Positions 1 through 14,781 of a DNA stretch of 64,000 nt are shown piece after piece. Location: NCBI GenBank assembly GCA_951406725.2, contig OX597815.1, positions 76,322,001-76,386,000 of the forward strand, given 5' to 3'. The translations under genes and the position numbers were made by a program. The stretch is from Octopus vulgaris. Lineage: Eukaryota. The stretch's first letter is position 1, and every line of letters starts with the position of its first letter. The notes beneath the pieces were generated by a model. The model made no database searches and was not told the origin of the DNA. It worked only from the letters and a program-made list of their open reading frames with translations.

Positions 1-33
1 TCATCGTCATCGTCATCATCGCCATCATCATCG

Positions 34-76
<43 letters not shown>

Positions 77-299
77 TCCATTCTGTTATAAATTAAAGTC
101 TTTGGTAACACAGCATCTCTCTTAGCTTTTTACCAACTGTGAGTTCCAATAATAATCGGTTTGATGTAACAGCTTTGTGTAGTACACCTACCACAATTAA
201 TTACTTTACACTTCATCTTTGAGAATATTTTTTCACCACCTGACCTCCACCATCTATTCATGTTATATTCTTCTCAAGAGAGAGATACTAATGTATGCT

Positions 300-650
300 T
301 CTCAGCCCTATTGTTTTGGGTTCAGTCCCACTGCATGGCACCTTGCACAAGTGTCTTCTACTATGCTCATCATATATTATTGCTAAATATCTTCATGTGC
401 ATATGCACGCACGTGGGTGTATGTGTGTGTGCTATGTGTGTGTATCTTTGTTTTTGTGTCTGTCTCTTCACTGCTTGACAACCAGTGCTGGTTTGTTTAT
501 GTTCCTGTAACTTAGTAGTTTAGCATGAGAGACTGATAGAGTAAGTACCTGAATTTACAAAGAAAAAGTACTGGGTATTGATTTGTTTGACTATAGAGGT
601 GCCACAGCATGGCCATGGTCCAGTGACTGAAACAAATAAACAATATAAGA
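300..650 (+). mobile_element. tRNA-derived SINE (family with internal CA/TG microsatellite), degenerate
   Basis: ggttcagtcccactgcatggcaccttg head, TG tract, then the body (ttgacaaccagtgctggtttgtttatg...cagcatggcc...gactgaaacaa) repeated at many sites in the window. Confidence 0.7.
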
Positions 651-1447
651 TATCATTGCCAAAACTATACCTCAGTGACTGGGCTTTATCTCTATAGACA
701 GAAAAGACATCAACCCTGATCAGTTGCTGATATTTTACAGAGCCTGAGTGTGTTCCACATTAGAATAATGCTTACATATTTTGGGATGCTGTTGCTTATG
801 CATACAGGTATATTGTGATAGTATAAAAAGGCTAAAAAAACTGTTTGATAAAGACTCACTCCCAACTGCTGTCTCACAAACACAGTTTCTTCTTTCTACT
901 TCTTGATACCTACTACATAATGAAAGTGCATAGCCTGGTCGTTAAGGTGTTGCACTCATGATCAACAAGATCATGGTTTCATTTCACAGATTGAGCAGTC
1001 TGTTGTGTTCTTGAGTGAAGCACTTTATTCCACATTGCTCTATGACCATTTAGGCATCTGATTTGTGATACACAGTGCATTTGCATCTGGAAATTTGTAC
1101 CAAGCAATTTTATGGTGGGAGTGAGCTAATGTACACACAAATAGTTAATCCTCATAAACAAATTATTAAATAAATTATCTATGGAGGTTGTTCAGCAAGA
1201 AATTGTGGACATAAGAGTCCATCAACATATCGACTAAAACAGCTTCTGCTCACTTTAAGTAGCTAACTGCTTACCTTGTTCACCTAGGCCCACTCAACAA
1301 ATCTACCTCCCCTCCTCTCATCATTCATATTTTCTCATCCTTCGGTTCCTCCGTTATACACTATGTGCAATCATTTCTCTCCACAAATGCAACTATCTGA
1401 AATTTTACCAAGCCTATATTTTGTCTGTAGTTCTTGCCTTTAAAAAG

Positions 1448-1662
1448 TTCAAATTTTGGCACAAGGCCAGCAAATTTGGGTGAAGAGGTAAGTCAATTAC
1501 ATCGACCTCAGTGCTCAACTGGTACTTATCATTTTATTTTCTCTGAAAAGGAGAAAGACAAAGCTGACCCTAGCAGAACTTGAGCTGAGGATATGAAGAT
1601 GGACAAAATGTCACTAAGCATTTAATCCAACATGCTAATGATTCTGCTTGCTTGCTGCTGTC
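1448..1662 (-). mobile_element. tRNA-derived SINE (second family)
   Basis: ttttggcacaaggccagcaa...gtcaattacatcgacctcagtg...gctaatgattctgc; reverse complement of the copy at 7778-7995. Confidence 0.7.
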
Positions 1663-2545
1663 AAGGTTCAAACTGAACATTAACCACATCAATTGCACCA
1701 ATGTAGGAAGGCCTATAACAGTCATGAATACTGCTCCTCCACTTCTGAGTAATTAATTGAACCCTCGACCTATTTCCGAGCAAAGTAATATTCCCCCATG
1801 GCTTGACATTTTCATGAAAGATTGGAAACAAATGATATCACTAGTATGATGATGATACTTGTATACAAGCTCAGCTAAATTTCTCAGAAACAACTCCAAC
1901 ACACTTTAAGGTTTTAAGTCTGATAATTCTCATTTTCCATTATACAAAAGCATTTTCTTACAACAATTAATTAAAAAGACTGCTATTGTCTCTCTGCATA
2001 TATTAAGAAATGCTTTTAACACACTTTTTCAACTCAACTGATTTTTCAAATTAACCTTTATATTGATTTATAAAAGAAAATATATCTTCACATTCTTAAC
2101 ACAAGCTTCAAGTTTGTCTTTTGTGCAGGCTGAGTAACTTTATTATCAGCAGGTGTAAAACAAGTATTATATTTTTACCAAATGCTATCTTTTATCTTTT
2201 CTATTTTACTTGTCTCAGTCAATGGAAGTTGGCCATGCTGGGGCACTGCCTTGAAGAGTTTTAGTTGAGTAAATTGACCACAGTACTTAATTTTAAGCCT
2301 CATACTAATTCCATTGGTCTCTTTTGCTGAACTACTTAGCTATGGGGATGTAAACAAACTGACAATAGCTGTCAAGCAATGGGGAGTGGGACAGACAAAC
2401 ACACACACACACAATATAGACATTGCAGCATGATATTGTCCTTGGACTCATCTGATCCAGTCAACTTGTCCAATCTATGCCAGCATGAAACATGGGTATT
2501 AAATGATGTGATAATAATACATTCATACATACATACATACATACA

Positions 2546-2576
<31 letters not shown>

Positions 2577-2984
2577 GTACATACATACATACATACATAC
2601 ATATGTATGTGCCATCATCATATTTATGTCGGTATCCTCATCATCATTATCATCATCTTCATCTTCATCATCACCATTTAATGTCCATTTTCCATGCTGG
2701 CATTAAATTAATGCTTTTTATGCAGCACCAGCATCAGTGTTTTCTATGTACCATTATTACCAGTGCTTTTTATGTGGCACCAGCATCAGTGTATTCAATG
2801 TATGTGCTTTGCTTGTTCTCCAGTTTGCTATGGTATAGCATCTGAGAGATGATTCCCTCATTACACTGGGTGTTAAAACACCTAAAAGTCATAGACAGGT
2901 GAAACAACTCACCTCCATTCCCATTCAGAAGAGATGGATATTGATGTTTCACCATTTTTGTGGCTTATCATCTCTTTTTACGCT

Positions 2985-3202
2985 CTTTTACTTGTTTCAG
3001 TGATTTGACTGTGGCCATGCTGGAGCACCGCCTTTAGTTGGGCAAATCGACCCCAGGACTTATTCTTTGTGAGCCTAGTACTTATTCTATCAGTCCCTTT
3101 TACCGAACCGCTAAGTTACGGGGTTGTAACACCAGCACACCAGCATCAGTTGTCAAGCAATGTTGGGGGGACAAATACAGACACACAAACATATACACAC
3201 AC

Positions 3203-3277
<75 letters not shown>

Positions 3278-3471
3278 GGAGTAAACACATAAATGTGAAA
3301 CAAGGTGGCTTAAAAAAGAGTACTCAATATACTATATATATATGCGATGGGCTTCTTTCAGTTTCCATCTACCAAATCCACTCACAAGGCTTTGGTCAGC
3401 CCAAGGCTATAGTAGAAGACACTTCCCCAAGGTGGTTTGTAAGCAAGCTACTTACTACACAGCCACTCCTA
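2985..3471 (-). mobile_element. tRNA-derived SINE with internal (TA)n
   Basis: ttttacttgtttcagt...ccatgctggagcaccgcc...aaggctttggtcagcccaaggctatagtagaagac...acagccactcct; same family as 18150-18528. Confidence 0.8.
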
Positions 3472-5360
3472 CCCCTAATCATCATGTTTGTGAAATATTA
3501 GTATCCATCAATCCTGAATGGGACCGGGGTTGAGTGGTCTTGTCAGCAAATGGTTTTGCCAACATTTATATATAGTCATGGACTGGTATTTGAATTTGCC
3601 CCTCCTGCTCAGTTAATTCTGCCAGGCACTAACTTCACTGATAAGTCACAAAAAATGGTGAAATAACAGTGAAATAATCATGAGTAAGTTGTCTCACCTG
3701 TCTATGACATTCACATGTTTTAATGCCCAGTGTAATGAGGGAGTCATTTCCCAGGTACTATACCACAGTGAACTAGTGAACAAACAAAACACATATGAAG
3801 CAGGCTGAAGTGACATGTCATATCAGTTCGATATGATGTAGCCCACTACCAAATGTAGCATGTAGATGTAATGCTTGAAGGTTCTTGCGTCGAAGTAACA
3901 GTGAACATCACAGAATCAACACCAAGAAGAAAGAAATACTATTTACATATATTTATTTGTTTGTTGGACATGTAGTTAGAGATACAGCAGTAATTGTAGT
4001 GGCAGAGACAACAAGTTCGCTTGCTAGTTGGTAGTTGAAGCATAGAAGCTGTTGTCTGCCAGTAGAAAAGGAAAGAGTAAGGAATGCATGGTGCTGACTA
4101 GAAAGGATAAAAGTGGCATTGTCTTTCTTGTGGCGGAAAGCTTCTCTTCATATGTTGAGTAGATGGCAAAGGGAAAGTGCTGCCCTTGGTTATGGCTTAT
4201 GCAAAAGAGGAAGAGATAGGAAATGCTCTCTGTTATATAGACAATGGTCAGTAATGTAGGTCAAACTCTAAACAAAGGACTGACAAGAACAGGTCCTTGG
4301 GAGGGGGGATTAAGTGTTTTCCCATCAATCATCTGGACTGGAGAGGATTTCCTGCTTGTTTTGACAAGTAACAAGTAGGTAGATTTGGTTTCAAATCTCA
4401 GGCAGGACCAAGTGAGGTCCCTACACAACTCACCCACTAGAGAGTTTCTATTACATAAAATGCAGCTGTGCTGGCTGGCAGAAGTAATAAGTGCACCAGT
4501 GTGAATTCTTTTGACATGCCTTTTCTATCCTCCAACGGAGGGCCACACCTTTCCACATGTAGCACACATACACATATATACATACATATACATATGCATA
4601 TATATATGTGTGTGTGTGTGTGTGTTCAATTCAAATTACGATGAAAGTAAACAAAGTTTGCCTTGGAAGCTGACACATTTTTCTGCAAAATATGGGTAGA
4701 TTATCCTGTTCATGCTATATTATTAGCATTATCCTGCATTTGAGAATAAAATTATTTCCTTATCTTTCAATACATTTCAACACTTTGTTTGTTTACTTTC
4801 ATTGTAATTTGAATTTAAGATATGATAGCATCTTATAAAGCTAGATTTATATATCCTAAATTTGCAAAAGAATTTTTCATTGGGTCAGTTTAGCTTAAAA
4901 GTAAAGCATGGATGTGTAATCACAGAGATGTGAGTTTGAGTCTCATGGTTGGCCACTGACACATTTTTCTATTCAATAGTGAATTAAAAGCAGCACTTGT
5001 GTTGTAAACATTATTGCCTGCATGTATTCAGTGTATGTATTTTAAACTATAAACGGTTTTTAAAATACATTAGAATGCACAAGCACACATACCTGAATTT
5101 ACTGCTGAGTCTACCAGTGGTCAATCAACACATTGTGATGTAGTTTCTTTTTTCAATCAAGTTCTGACCCTGATGAAATGTTCAATTAACTATATTCAAT
5201 ATGAATCTTTAATTTAATGTAGCTATTTCTAATTTGAATTCATTGGACATGGAAGCAATTGTAGGTTGTATGAGTTTAATATTGTTCAAAATAGGATTTG
5301 TTTTAATAAATTGATGTCTATATGTCACTTTTTCCATTTTCTTTTTCTTTTATATATATA

Positions 5361-5409
<49 letters not shown>

Positions 5410-5411
<2 letters not shown>

Positions 5412-5965
5412 TCGTCATCATCATCATCATTTAACGTCTGCTTTCCATGCTAGCATGGATTGGATGATTTGACTGAGGACTGGATGAACCAGATGGCTGC
5501 ACCAGGCTCCAATCTTGATCTGGCAGAGTTTCTACTGCTGGATGCCCTTCCTAATGCCAACCACTCTGAGAGTGTAGTGGGTGCCTTTACGTGCCACCGG
5601 CACGAGGGCCAGTCAGGCAGTACTGGCAACGGCCATGCTCAAATGGTGTTTTTTACGTGCCACTGCACAGGAGCCAGTCCAGCAGCACTGACAACGACCT
5701 CGCTCGAATGTTTTTTCATGTGCCAGTAAGGTGACGCTGGTAATGATCATGCTCGAATGGTGCTTTTTACATGCCGCCAGCACGGAAGCCAATCAGCTGC
5801 TTTGGCAACGATTATGCTTGGATGGTGCTCTTAGCATTCCACTAGCACGGATGCCAGTCATCGAATTTGATTTCAATTTCGATTTCACTTACCTCAACAG
5901 GTCTTCACAAGCAGAGTTTAGTGTCTAATGAAGGAAAGGTACGCGTAAGTGGGCTGGTTACACCC

Positions 5966-5968
<3 letters not shown>
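5410..5968 (-). mobile_element. 3' end/UTR fragment of RTE-type LINE (or derived SINE)
   Basis: Reverse complement of 53950-54360 (catcatcatttaacgtctgctttccatgctagcatg...ggatgcccttcctaatgccaaccactc...), with a GAT tail. Confidence 0.7.
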
Positions 5969-6003
<35 letters not shown>

Positions 6004-6936
6004 TTCCTAAAGTAAGTAACTGAACTACAACCATACTTGGTTTATTAGATTTTTATGAGACAAGACTGAAATGAAAATTAAGATTTTTTTGAATATGTTA
6101 TAAATGAACTAAATTTCACCCTATTCTCTGACCTAGTTTTACTTTCAACTTATTGTTTGAACAGCTTTCATGCAATTCATCTATGCCCACCTTTTATGTG
6201 ATTAACCTGACTACAAACCAAGATATCCTGTCTAAAAAACTTCAACAAATACAAGATAAAATACTACGTATTTATCAGTAACCAATTTGTGTTTGTCTTA
6301 CTATCAGAACTATTGAATTTATAGTTCCATGTTCTGGTAGGATTCCAGAAATTAATCCTGCTCAATTAATTCTGCCAAGCACTAACTTCACTGATTTTCC
6401 TTCTCATCACTTTCATAACTTGAAGAAATATTACCTTGAGACACATTTAATTTTTCTTCTATGGAACACCTTCATCGTTTTAACAGTTAATATTGGCAAC
6501 AATCACTGGAAATAATATTGCCTCACTCAATATATTTGAAAGACTAGTTAGGTGCAAACCCCATCTGATATTTTCAGTATTTCAGTAACAAAGTTAAAAG
6601 TGACTAAATTTTTGGTGCCTGATTAAACAACTTAATGATAAATATTAAAGAAAGACATTTTATTTCATCTGAGGTGAAAGAAAACTAATTAAATAAATTA
6701 TATCAAATTAAGTGAGTGGATAGGGTGTTGCACTCACAATTGCAAGATCATGGTTTCAATTCCTGAGCCAGGTGGTATGTTGTATTCTTGAGCAAAACAC
6801 TCTCTGTAAATTAGTATTGCTGTGACTGCCTGGTGTTCTGTTCAGTGGGAATGTTGTGATCTCAGTGCCTTCTATGCTATGGAAACCGAGTAACCAGTCC
6901 AGTGTATCCTAAGACTTAAGGCAGTAAGGTCCTGAG

Positions 6937-6997
6937 GTTGTTGTTGTTGTTGTTGTTGATGATGATGATGATAATGATGATGATGATGATTGATGAT

Positions 6998-7052
<55 letters not shown>

Positions 7053-7061
7053 GATGATGAT
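6937..7061. repeat. (GTT)n/(GAT)n microsatellite
   Basis: Directly visible. Confidence 0.95.
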
Positions 7062-7777
7062 TCTTACTGCTATAAACTATCAGGATTTCTGAGATGATTC
7101 AAATGATCACCAGATATATATATATATATAAACCTTTAACTATACCTGGAATTGTTTTTGAGAAATTTAGCTAACATTGTATATGAGCAGCAGTGTGTCA
7201 TACAAGTGATGTCATTTGGTTCCAATCTTCTGTGGAAATGTTAAGCCATAAAGAACTATTACTTTGCTCAGGTTGGCAATAGTAAGGGCATCTGGCTGTG
7301 AAAAATCTGCCTTGATGAACTCTGTCTGACCCATGCAAGCATGGAAAAGTGGACATGAAACAATGATGATGTTGTTTGTTGCTGTTGATGATGATGATGA
7401 TGATGAATGAATATAGAGCAGGTGGTATATTAGCAACATATCCAAATTACACTCTTAAAATGAATGGCAAGGAGAAAAGCGGAAATAAAAACTTATAGTG
7501 TCTAGCAGTCTATTTCTGTGAGGATTAACGGTTTCTCAGAGGATTAAAAGTGAGACGGAATTCTGTCACACCTGCTCTGACTTATTCTTTATTAGTTGTA
7601 AGAAATATAACTTAAAGAAAGGAAAAGAAATTTCTATCATCAGCCTATGAATTATATATTGCTCACATATTTTGCCTCTTATAAAAATAGTATAATAATG
7701 GATTTTGTGATAATGGTTAAAAGAGACTAAACAATTGAAAACCTAAAGAACTGTCTTATTATTACATGAAAATCACA

Positions 7778-7995
7778 GGCAGTGAGCTGGCAGAATCGTT
7801 AGCATGCCTGGCAAAATGTCTAACGACATTTTGTCTGTCTTTATGTTTCTAAGTTCAATTTCCATTGAAATCAACTTTGCCTTTCATCCATTCATGATGA
7901 AAATAAAATAAGTATCAGCTGAGTACATGGCTCGATGTAATCAACTTAGATCTTCCTCTGCACTTGCTGGCCTTGTGCCAAAATTTGAAACCATT
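7778..7995 (+). mobile_element. tRNA-derived SINE (second family)
   Basis: ggcagtgagctggcagaatcgttagc (A-box-like) ... agttcaatttcc (B-box-like) ... ggccttgtgccaaaatttgaaacc. Confidence 0.75.
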
Positions 7996-8363
7996 ATTAT
8001 ATGGAAATCTGTTTGATTGACAACTATATTTGACTATAACCACCAACACCACCACCACCACCACCACTACCACCATCATCATTGTCAGGATGATGATCAT
8101 CATTTTTTTTTAAAGTCCATTTTTCTATTCTTTCATGGGTTAGACAGAATTTTATCAAGGCAGTTTTCTGCTACTGGATGCCCATCCTGTCACCAACACT
8201 CACCTGTTTCCAAGCCAGGTTTATGTTTCCCTGGAAATGAATGACACTATTTGTATGACAGTGATGCTCATTTTACAACTATCACATGATGTCAATTAAA
8301 GGAGACAAAAACACACACACTCGCACACATACATATGCACACATGCATACACACACACATGCA

Positions 8364-8396
<33 letters not shown>

Positions 8397-8701
8397 GCTC
8401 ACATATATACAGAGAGATATACATACATGCATGTGTGCCTGCATATAAATTCATGCATATATACATATATATAAACCCATTGTGTGTGTATATATATGTA
8501 TGTGTGTGTGTGTATGTATATATGTGTATGTGTGCATGTGTGTGCGTATACATATATATACATATACATATATATATATATATGTTCAACCCATGCCAGC
8601 ATGGAAGGCTGATGTTAAACGCCGATGATGATGATGATATATATATATGTATGTATAAATATATAAATATAAATTTATTTTTTTTCTGATTGCTGTAATT
8701 T

Positions 8702-8757
<56 letters not shown>

Positions 8758-8759
8758 TT

Positions 8760-8962
8760 CTCGCCCTTTTAAAGCCTAACCAGGCTCATGGGCTGGTTTC
8801 CCAGTTTTTATAGCATATGTGTTCCCCAGCTTTACTCATTTTTGCCAGCTGAGCGGACTGGAGCAACATGAAATGAAGTGTTTTGCTCTGGTCAAGGAAT
8901 TGAAACCACAATCTTACGATCATGATGCTGACACCCTAACCCCACTAAGCCATGCACCTCCA
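8760..8962 (-). mobile_element. tRNA-derived SINE, internally deleted copy of the 57862-58118 family
   Basis: gcccttttaaagcctaaccaggctcatggg...catgatgctgacaccctaac...taagccatgcacctccac matches the 57862-58118 copy. Confidence 0.75.
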
Positions 8963-9548
8963 CACACACACATATATACACACACGCACACACATACATA
9001 CATACACATACATATAACGGGCTTCTGCAAAGGATTTCATGTACCAGATTTGCTCACAAAGTTTTGGTTGGCCCAAGGCTATAGTAGAAGAGACTTGTCC
9101 AAGGTGCTGTACAGTGGAACCTAACCTGAAACCACATAGTTGTAAAGCAAACTGCTTAACCATACAGCCAGTCCTGTGTTATTTGCGTATTTATTTTAGA
9201 TTGATATGAAAAATTGCTTCCAAACATTAAAATATTTGCATTTTCTGTCTAACCAATGTTAAACAGCAATGAATGATTAACAATATTCCCACTTTGTTTA
9301 AGGATGTATGCGTTAACAATGTTATGATGTGAAGCATTTCCCCACGACAAATATATTTGTGTTCTGAATATGTGAGTGTATGTAAATATGAAAATGTAGA
9401 GATAATTTTGATGAATATCTCATTGAACCATAAATTTGCATACTATCTTTAATCTTCATTTATTATCATCAACATAGAAGTATTTTTGTCCACTTATTAC
9501 CATCATCCAACAAACCAAACAACAGCTTGTAACATATATATTTAACAA

Positions 9549-9982
9549 GGGATCTTCTGTGTAGTCATTCAACTTGCAAAAAATAACAGCCAAATTTCTG
9601 CAAATCACACCACATTAGTAAACAAAGAAGTTTCTATATAGTCATTAATTAACTTGCTGAAAAAATAACAATCAAATCTTCCACAAATCACATCTTACTA
9701 GTGAGAAAGCTTTTATGCAGCTGTTTTATTTGCTAAAAATAACAATCAAATTTCCCTCAAATCATACCCTACTAACAAAGAAAGTTCTATGTAATCTTTT
9801 GTCCTGCTAAAAATAACAGTAAAATCTCCCTCAAATCATGCCCTACTAATGAAGAAGCTTTTATGATTTTTTTGACTTGCTAAAAATAACAACTAAATCT
9901 CCTTCTTACAAGGAAGCTTCTATGTAGTTGTCTAACTTGTTAAAAATAATAGTCAAATCTCCTTCAAATCACACTCTACTAT
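9549..9982. repeat. Degenerate tandem array, about 6 units of roughly 60-78 bp
   Basis: Recurring gaagcttctatgtagt...cttgctaaaaataaca..caaatctccctcaaatcacaccctact. Confidence 0.85.
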
Positions 9983-10149
9983 TAATGTCATTGAATGAAA
10001 ATTACAATCGTCACTTATGAGCATCACTTAGTAACATGTTCAATACTTTTCCTAATTGTTTTAAGTGCCTATGTAGTCACAAGCAGATATGAAACACTTT
10101 TGGTTCCTTACTCTTGACCCAATGTAACATCCAGGATGTAATATTTGGA

Positions 10150-10172
10150 GGGATAGAGGGAGATAGATAGAT

Positions 10173-10228
<56 letters not shown>

Positions 10229-10429
10229 AAAGAGGAAGAGAGAGAGAGGAGGAAAGAGAGAGAGAAGGAAAGAGGAGAAGAGAGAGAGAGGAAAGAGAGA
10301 GAAGAAAGGAGAGAAGGAAAGAGGGAGAGAGAGAGAGAGAGGGAGGGAACAGAGAGAGAGAAGGAAAGAGGAAGAGAGAGAGAGAGAGGAGGAAAGAGAG
10401 AGAGAGAAGGAAACAGGAAGAGAGAGAGA

Positions 10430-10491
<62 letters not shown>
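10150..10491. repeat. (GA)n / purine-only tract
   Basis: Directly visible. Confidence 0.95.
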
Positions 10492-10494
<3 letters not shown>

Positions 10495-10904
10495 GTTTCC
10501 ATCAGGACCTGGCTGTTTTGCAAAACAGTTGAGTAGACTGGAGCAATGTGAAATGAAGTGCCTTGCTCAAGGATACAACATGTTGCCTGGCCAAGGAATT
10601 GAATTCATAACATTATGATCACCCTAACCACTTGGCCCCGTTCACACAAATTGGATAATATTGTATTTAGATACACTATTTTTGAGTAATGAATACCTTT
10701 AATTGAAATCTCCTTCATTAGGGCTGGTCTCAGACAAAACAACAACAGTAACAACAAAATAATGATACAAAAGTGACAACAACAGTTATGAGAAAAACAA
10801 AAACAAGGACAACAACAATGACAACAATAACAACAACAATGACAACAAAATGAATTCAATTTTTAGGTATAGTTTAATATTCTTTGCCTAATGATTGTTT
10901 AAGG

Positions 10905-11242
10905 CAAAGGTTCTCAACCATTTTTTATCTATGGACCCCTTTGATTACTATTTTATTCTGGTGGACCCCAATAGCCACTTGATGTTTAAAAACTAATTTT
11001 ATAGATCCTTCTTTCAAAATTTCTATTCTGGTTTTCACGTATTTAATGTGTGTGAGTTGAACAATGTCAAATGTTAAAGAAACCTTATAGCTGTTTCTTG
11101 CAATAAATAAGTCTAAAGCAAATTTTTTCATGAACCCTTAATATACTACTGTTGATCCCCAATTTACTATTTTGTTGCACAGATTTCCCAAAATCTTATA
11201 TGGACCATTAGGAGCCATATAGACCCTGGTTGGGAACCACTG
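10905..11242. mobile_element. Non-autonomous hAT (Charlie/MER5-like) MITE
   Basis: TIRs caaaggttctcaacc / ggttgggaaccactg match the CAGNGGTTCTCAAC type; flanking 8-mers are diverged; partial relative at 60268. Confidence 0.7.
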
Positions 11243-11333
11243 GTGTAGTGTGTATGTATGAAAACAGCAGAAGTAGACATTTTTATCAAAATACTGATGA
11301 TTATTCCTATTGACTTTTGATGACCTCAATACT

Positions 11334-11436
<103 letters not shown>

Positions 11437-11643
11437 TACATATGTGTATATATATATGTGTGTGTGTGTATGTGTATATATGTAGCACAAAAAAATAAAT
11501 AAATAAACACCCAGTTCATACTGTAAAGTAGTTGGCATTAGGAATGGCATCAAGCTGTAGAAACCATACCAAAACAGACAATGGAGCCTGGTGTTAAACT
11601 ATCCAACCACCCAACCCATGCCAACAAGGAGCATGGACATTAA

Positions 11644-11893
11644 ATGACAATGATGATGATGACGACAGTGTTGCCGCTGCTGATGACAGCGATGACTACA
11701 CTGCCACCACCAATGACAATGATGACAGTGCTGCTGCCACCAATGACAATGACAACAGCACTACTGTTGCCGATGACAACAACAACGTCGACCATGATGA
11801 TGGCAATGACAATGATGATGATGATTACAATGATAATGATGATGGTGATGATAATGACAGTGATGATGATGACAGTGACGGTGATGATGTTGG

Positions 11894-11952
<59 letters not shown>

Positions 11953-12000
11953 TGAACAATGATAATAATAATGGTGTTGACAATAATGATGGTGATGATG
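11644..12000. repeat. (GAT/GAC)n degenerate trinucleotide tract following an RTE-type 3' tail
   Basis: Directly visible. Confidence 0.9.
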
Positions 12001-12401
12001 GCATTTCAGATGTAAATCAGTTACTGGTCTTGATAAAATTTGCAGAGAGTAAATTTCAGTAAAATTGTGGTTTTATATAGGGTGTAGGAATGACTTGTGT
12101 CATTAAGAAGTTCATGTCCCCCATTGCTGGGAAAATGTCTTCTACTATAGCTCTGGGCTGATCAACACTTTGTGAGTGGATCTGAACCGACAGAAACTGA
12201 TAGAAGCCCTTTGCATATGTGCATCTGTCTATCTACCAACCTATCTATCTTTCTGTCTGTCTGTCTGTCTATCTATTTATTTGTTGTCCACCTACTGGCC
12301 TGACTGTCTGTTTGTCTATCTATCTATTTATCATCTGTATAGTTGTCAATATAACCAGTAATCTACCTACTTGTGTGTATGTATGAATGTATGTATGTGT
12401 A

Positions 12402-12452
<51 letters not shown>

Positions 12453-13064
12453 CGACATATATATGTACACACACATATGATGACAACAATGATGATGACG
12501 ATGATGATGAATGTGATGATGATGATATGACAAAGCAGATGATCATGATGATAATGACAATGATGATGATGAGTATGAGGAAGAGGAAGAGGAGGAAGAT
12601 GTAAAAGGTATCAGGTCTATCAGGAAAGGATAATGAATTTCAAGACTCATTAACGACATATATACAAACGTTTCCGCTATCTATCTAGAAGTAAAGCTTA
12701 GTCAAAGACTCATATTAATTTGTTCACTCTATTTTGGTCATGCTCTGTCCTTCACATGAAATATTATAAATTAGAACAGATACACCATGATAATAAATGT
12801 ATGTAATTCACATTAGTTTCTTTCATTGAGAGACAAATGAAATGATCCTGTATCTATGGATTTCTTCCTGTCATTTCTCACTTGTCAATTTATTCAGTCA
12901 GATAGATGTTACATGCTTGGCAGCAATGATCATGATAATCATCATAATTATCGTCTTTGTCATTGCCATTGTTCTATCATCATCATCATCATTGTCATCA
13001 TCATTGTCAATGTCAATCTACTACTACCATAATGATGTTGATGATGATGATGATGATAATAATA

Positions 13065-13126
<62 letters not shown>

Positions 13127-13139
13127 CCTTTCTCTTAAC

Positions 13140-13320
13140 AAGGCCTGAAATTTTGGGTAGTCAATTATATCAACCCCAGTGTTTCACTGGTACTTAATTT
13201 ATGGACCCTGAAAGGTTGAAAGGCAAAGTCGACCTCAGTAGAATTTGAACTGAGAATGTAGTGATGGATGAAATACCGCTAAGCATTTGGTCCACCATGC
13301 TAATGATTCTGCCAGCTTGC
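13140..13320 (-). mobile_element. tRNA-derived SINE (second family)
   Basis: aaggcaaagtcgacctcagtagaatttgaactgagaatgta...gctaatgattctgccagc. Confidence 0.75.
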
Positions 13321-13468
13321 AATAATAATAATAATAATAATGGTTTCAAATATAAGCACAAGGTTTGAAATTTGGCTGGGAGGGGGATAGTTAATAATGT
13401 CAACCCAGGATTTGAGTAGTACTTATTTCATTAACCTTGAAAAAGATGATGATGACAACAACAACAAT

Positions 13469-14003
13469 AAATGCCCTGATGCAGTACCAGTCAGTGGCTC
13501 TCATGGCTTCTGATCTTAACTGATTGGAAGTGTTATTATGTACATTGTGTTGTCTTGGTATAAAAGATGAGCTACAACAAATATTCTGCTCAATACTATA
13601 GATTTACTTGTTAGTTGCATCTCCTTAACCAATTGAGCATGTCCCTTAGTGGATGACGATATGTGCATCTCTGATCACGAGCAGAAGTAGCGGGGGAGCA
13701 TCATAGCCATGTGTTGAAAGGAACTCTTGGTGGTTTAAATAATTCACCTCTGGAAACATGGGTGTTTCGTTCAACATCCTTCAACAACCCTTATGCTTTT
13801 GAGCAGGATTGGCTACTGAACCTGAAGAAAATTCTAACTGGGTCCCACCTGCAAGGTCATGTGCTATTTGTCTTGATATGAGATCATCACATTGCACATA
13901 TATGGTTGTGTACCCTTATCAGATGGGTTGTCGTGATGGGTATATTGGGTTTTGTTTATTTGTATCCCAGTGTCACTTTGATGGCATACACTGCTCTCTC
14001 ACT
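13469..14003. mobile_element. About 540-bp interspersed repeat flanked by trinucleotide tracts, copy 1
   Basis: Colinear with 24881-25438 (aaatgccctgatgcagtacc...ctgctctctcact). Confidence 0.85.
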
Positions 14004-14063
<60 letters not shown>

Positions 14064-14169
14064 CACCACCACCACCACCACCACTAATAATAATAATAAC
14101 AACAACAACAACAACAATAATGATGATAATAATAATAAACTCCTGAATAGGTCTCAAAAAAACGATAAA

Positions 14170-14490
14170 GCAACAATACACATAGATAGAGAGATCAAGA
14201 TTATTGACCTGATATTGTTGTCAAGGATCATCAGGGAATCTCCTAATCAATATATATCTCAGCAGATGACACTGTATCTTTAAAGGAAATGGAGAAACTC
14301 TTGAAATCAAAGATCTGGAAAATAGAAATAACCCAAATGTTGAAACTGAAAACAGAAACAGTCCCTATTAATAAAAGACAAAAACAAAACAAAATAAACA
14401 TGCAGACACATACATAACCAGGACTTACAGATATATCCAATATATAGAAAATAGCATTGTTAGGCACTGGACACATCTTATCTTTCAATA
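14170..14490 (+). pseudogene. R4/Dong-like non-LTR retrotransposon, C-terminal RLE endonuclease fragment
   Basis: Frame-broken translation gives PDIVVKDH, KDLEIEITQMLKLKTETVPI and KIALLGTGHIL; preceded by TAA/CAA tracts. Confidence 0.65.
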
Positions 14491-14713
14491 CAGTAAAAAT
14501 ATCTATACTAAAGCAAACAACAGCATATACCCAAGGCACAGAGAACTGTTCCCAGTAGTACAGAGAAAGCACACAGTTTAAATGAGATGAAAATAATGCA
14601 TATTTTAAAGAATACTGAGGAAGGGAATAATAGAATGGAAAAAAGAAGAGTATCAAAAGCGACAGAGAGAGAGAGAGAGATAGATAGATAGTGTGTGAGA
14701 GAGAGAGAGAGAC

Positions 14714-14781
<68 letters not shown>

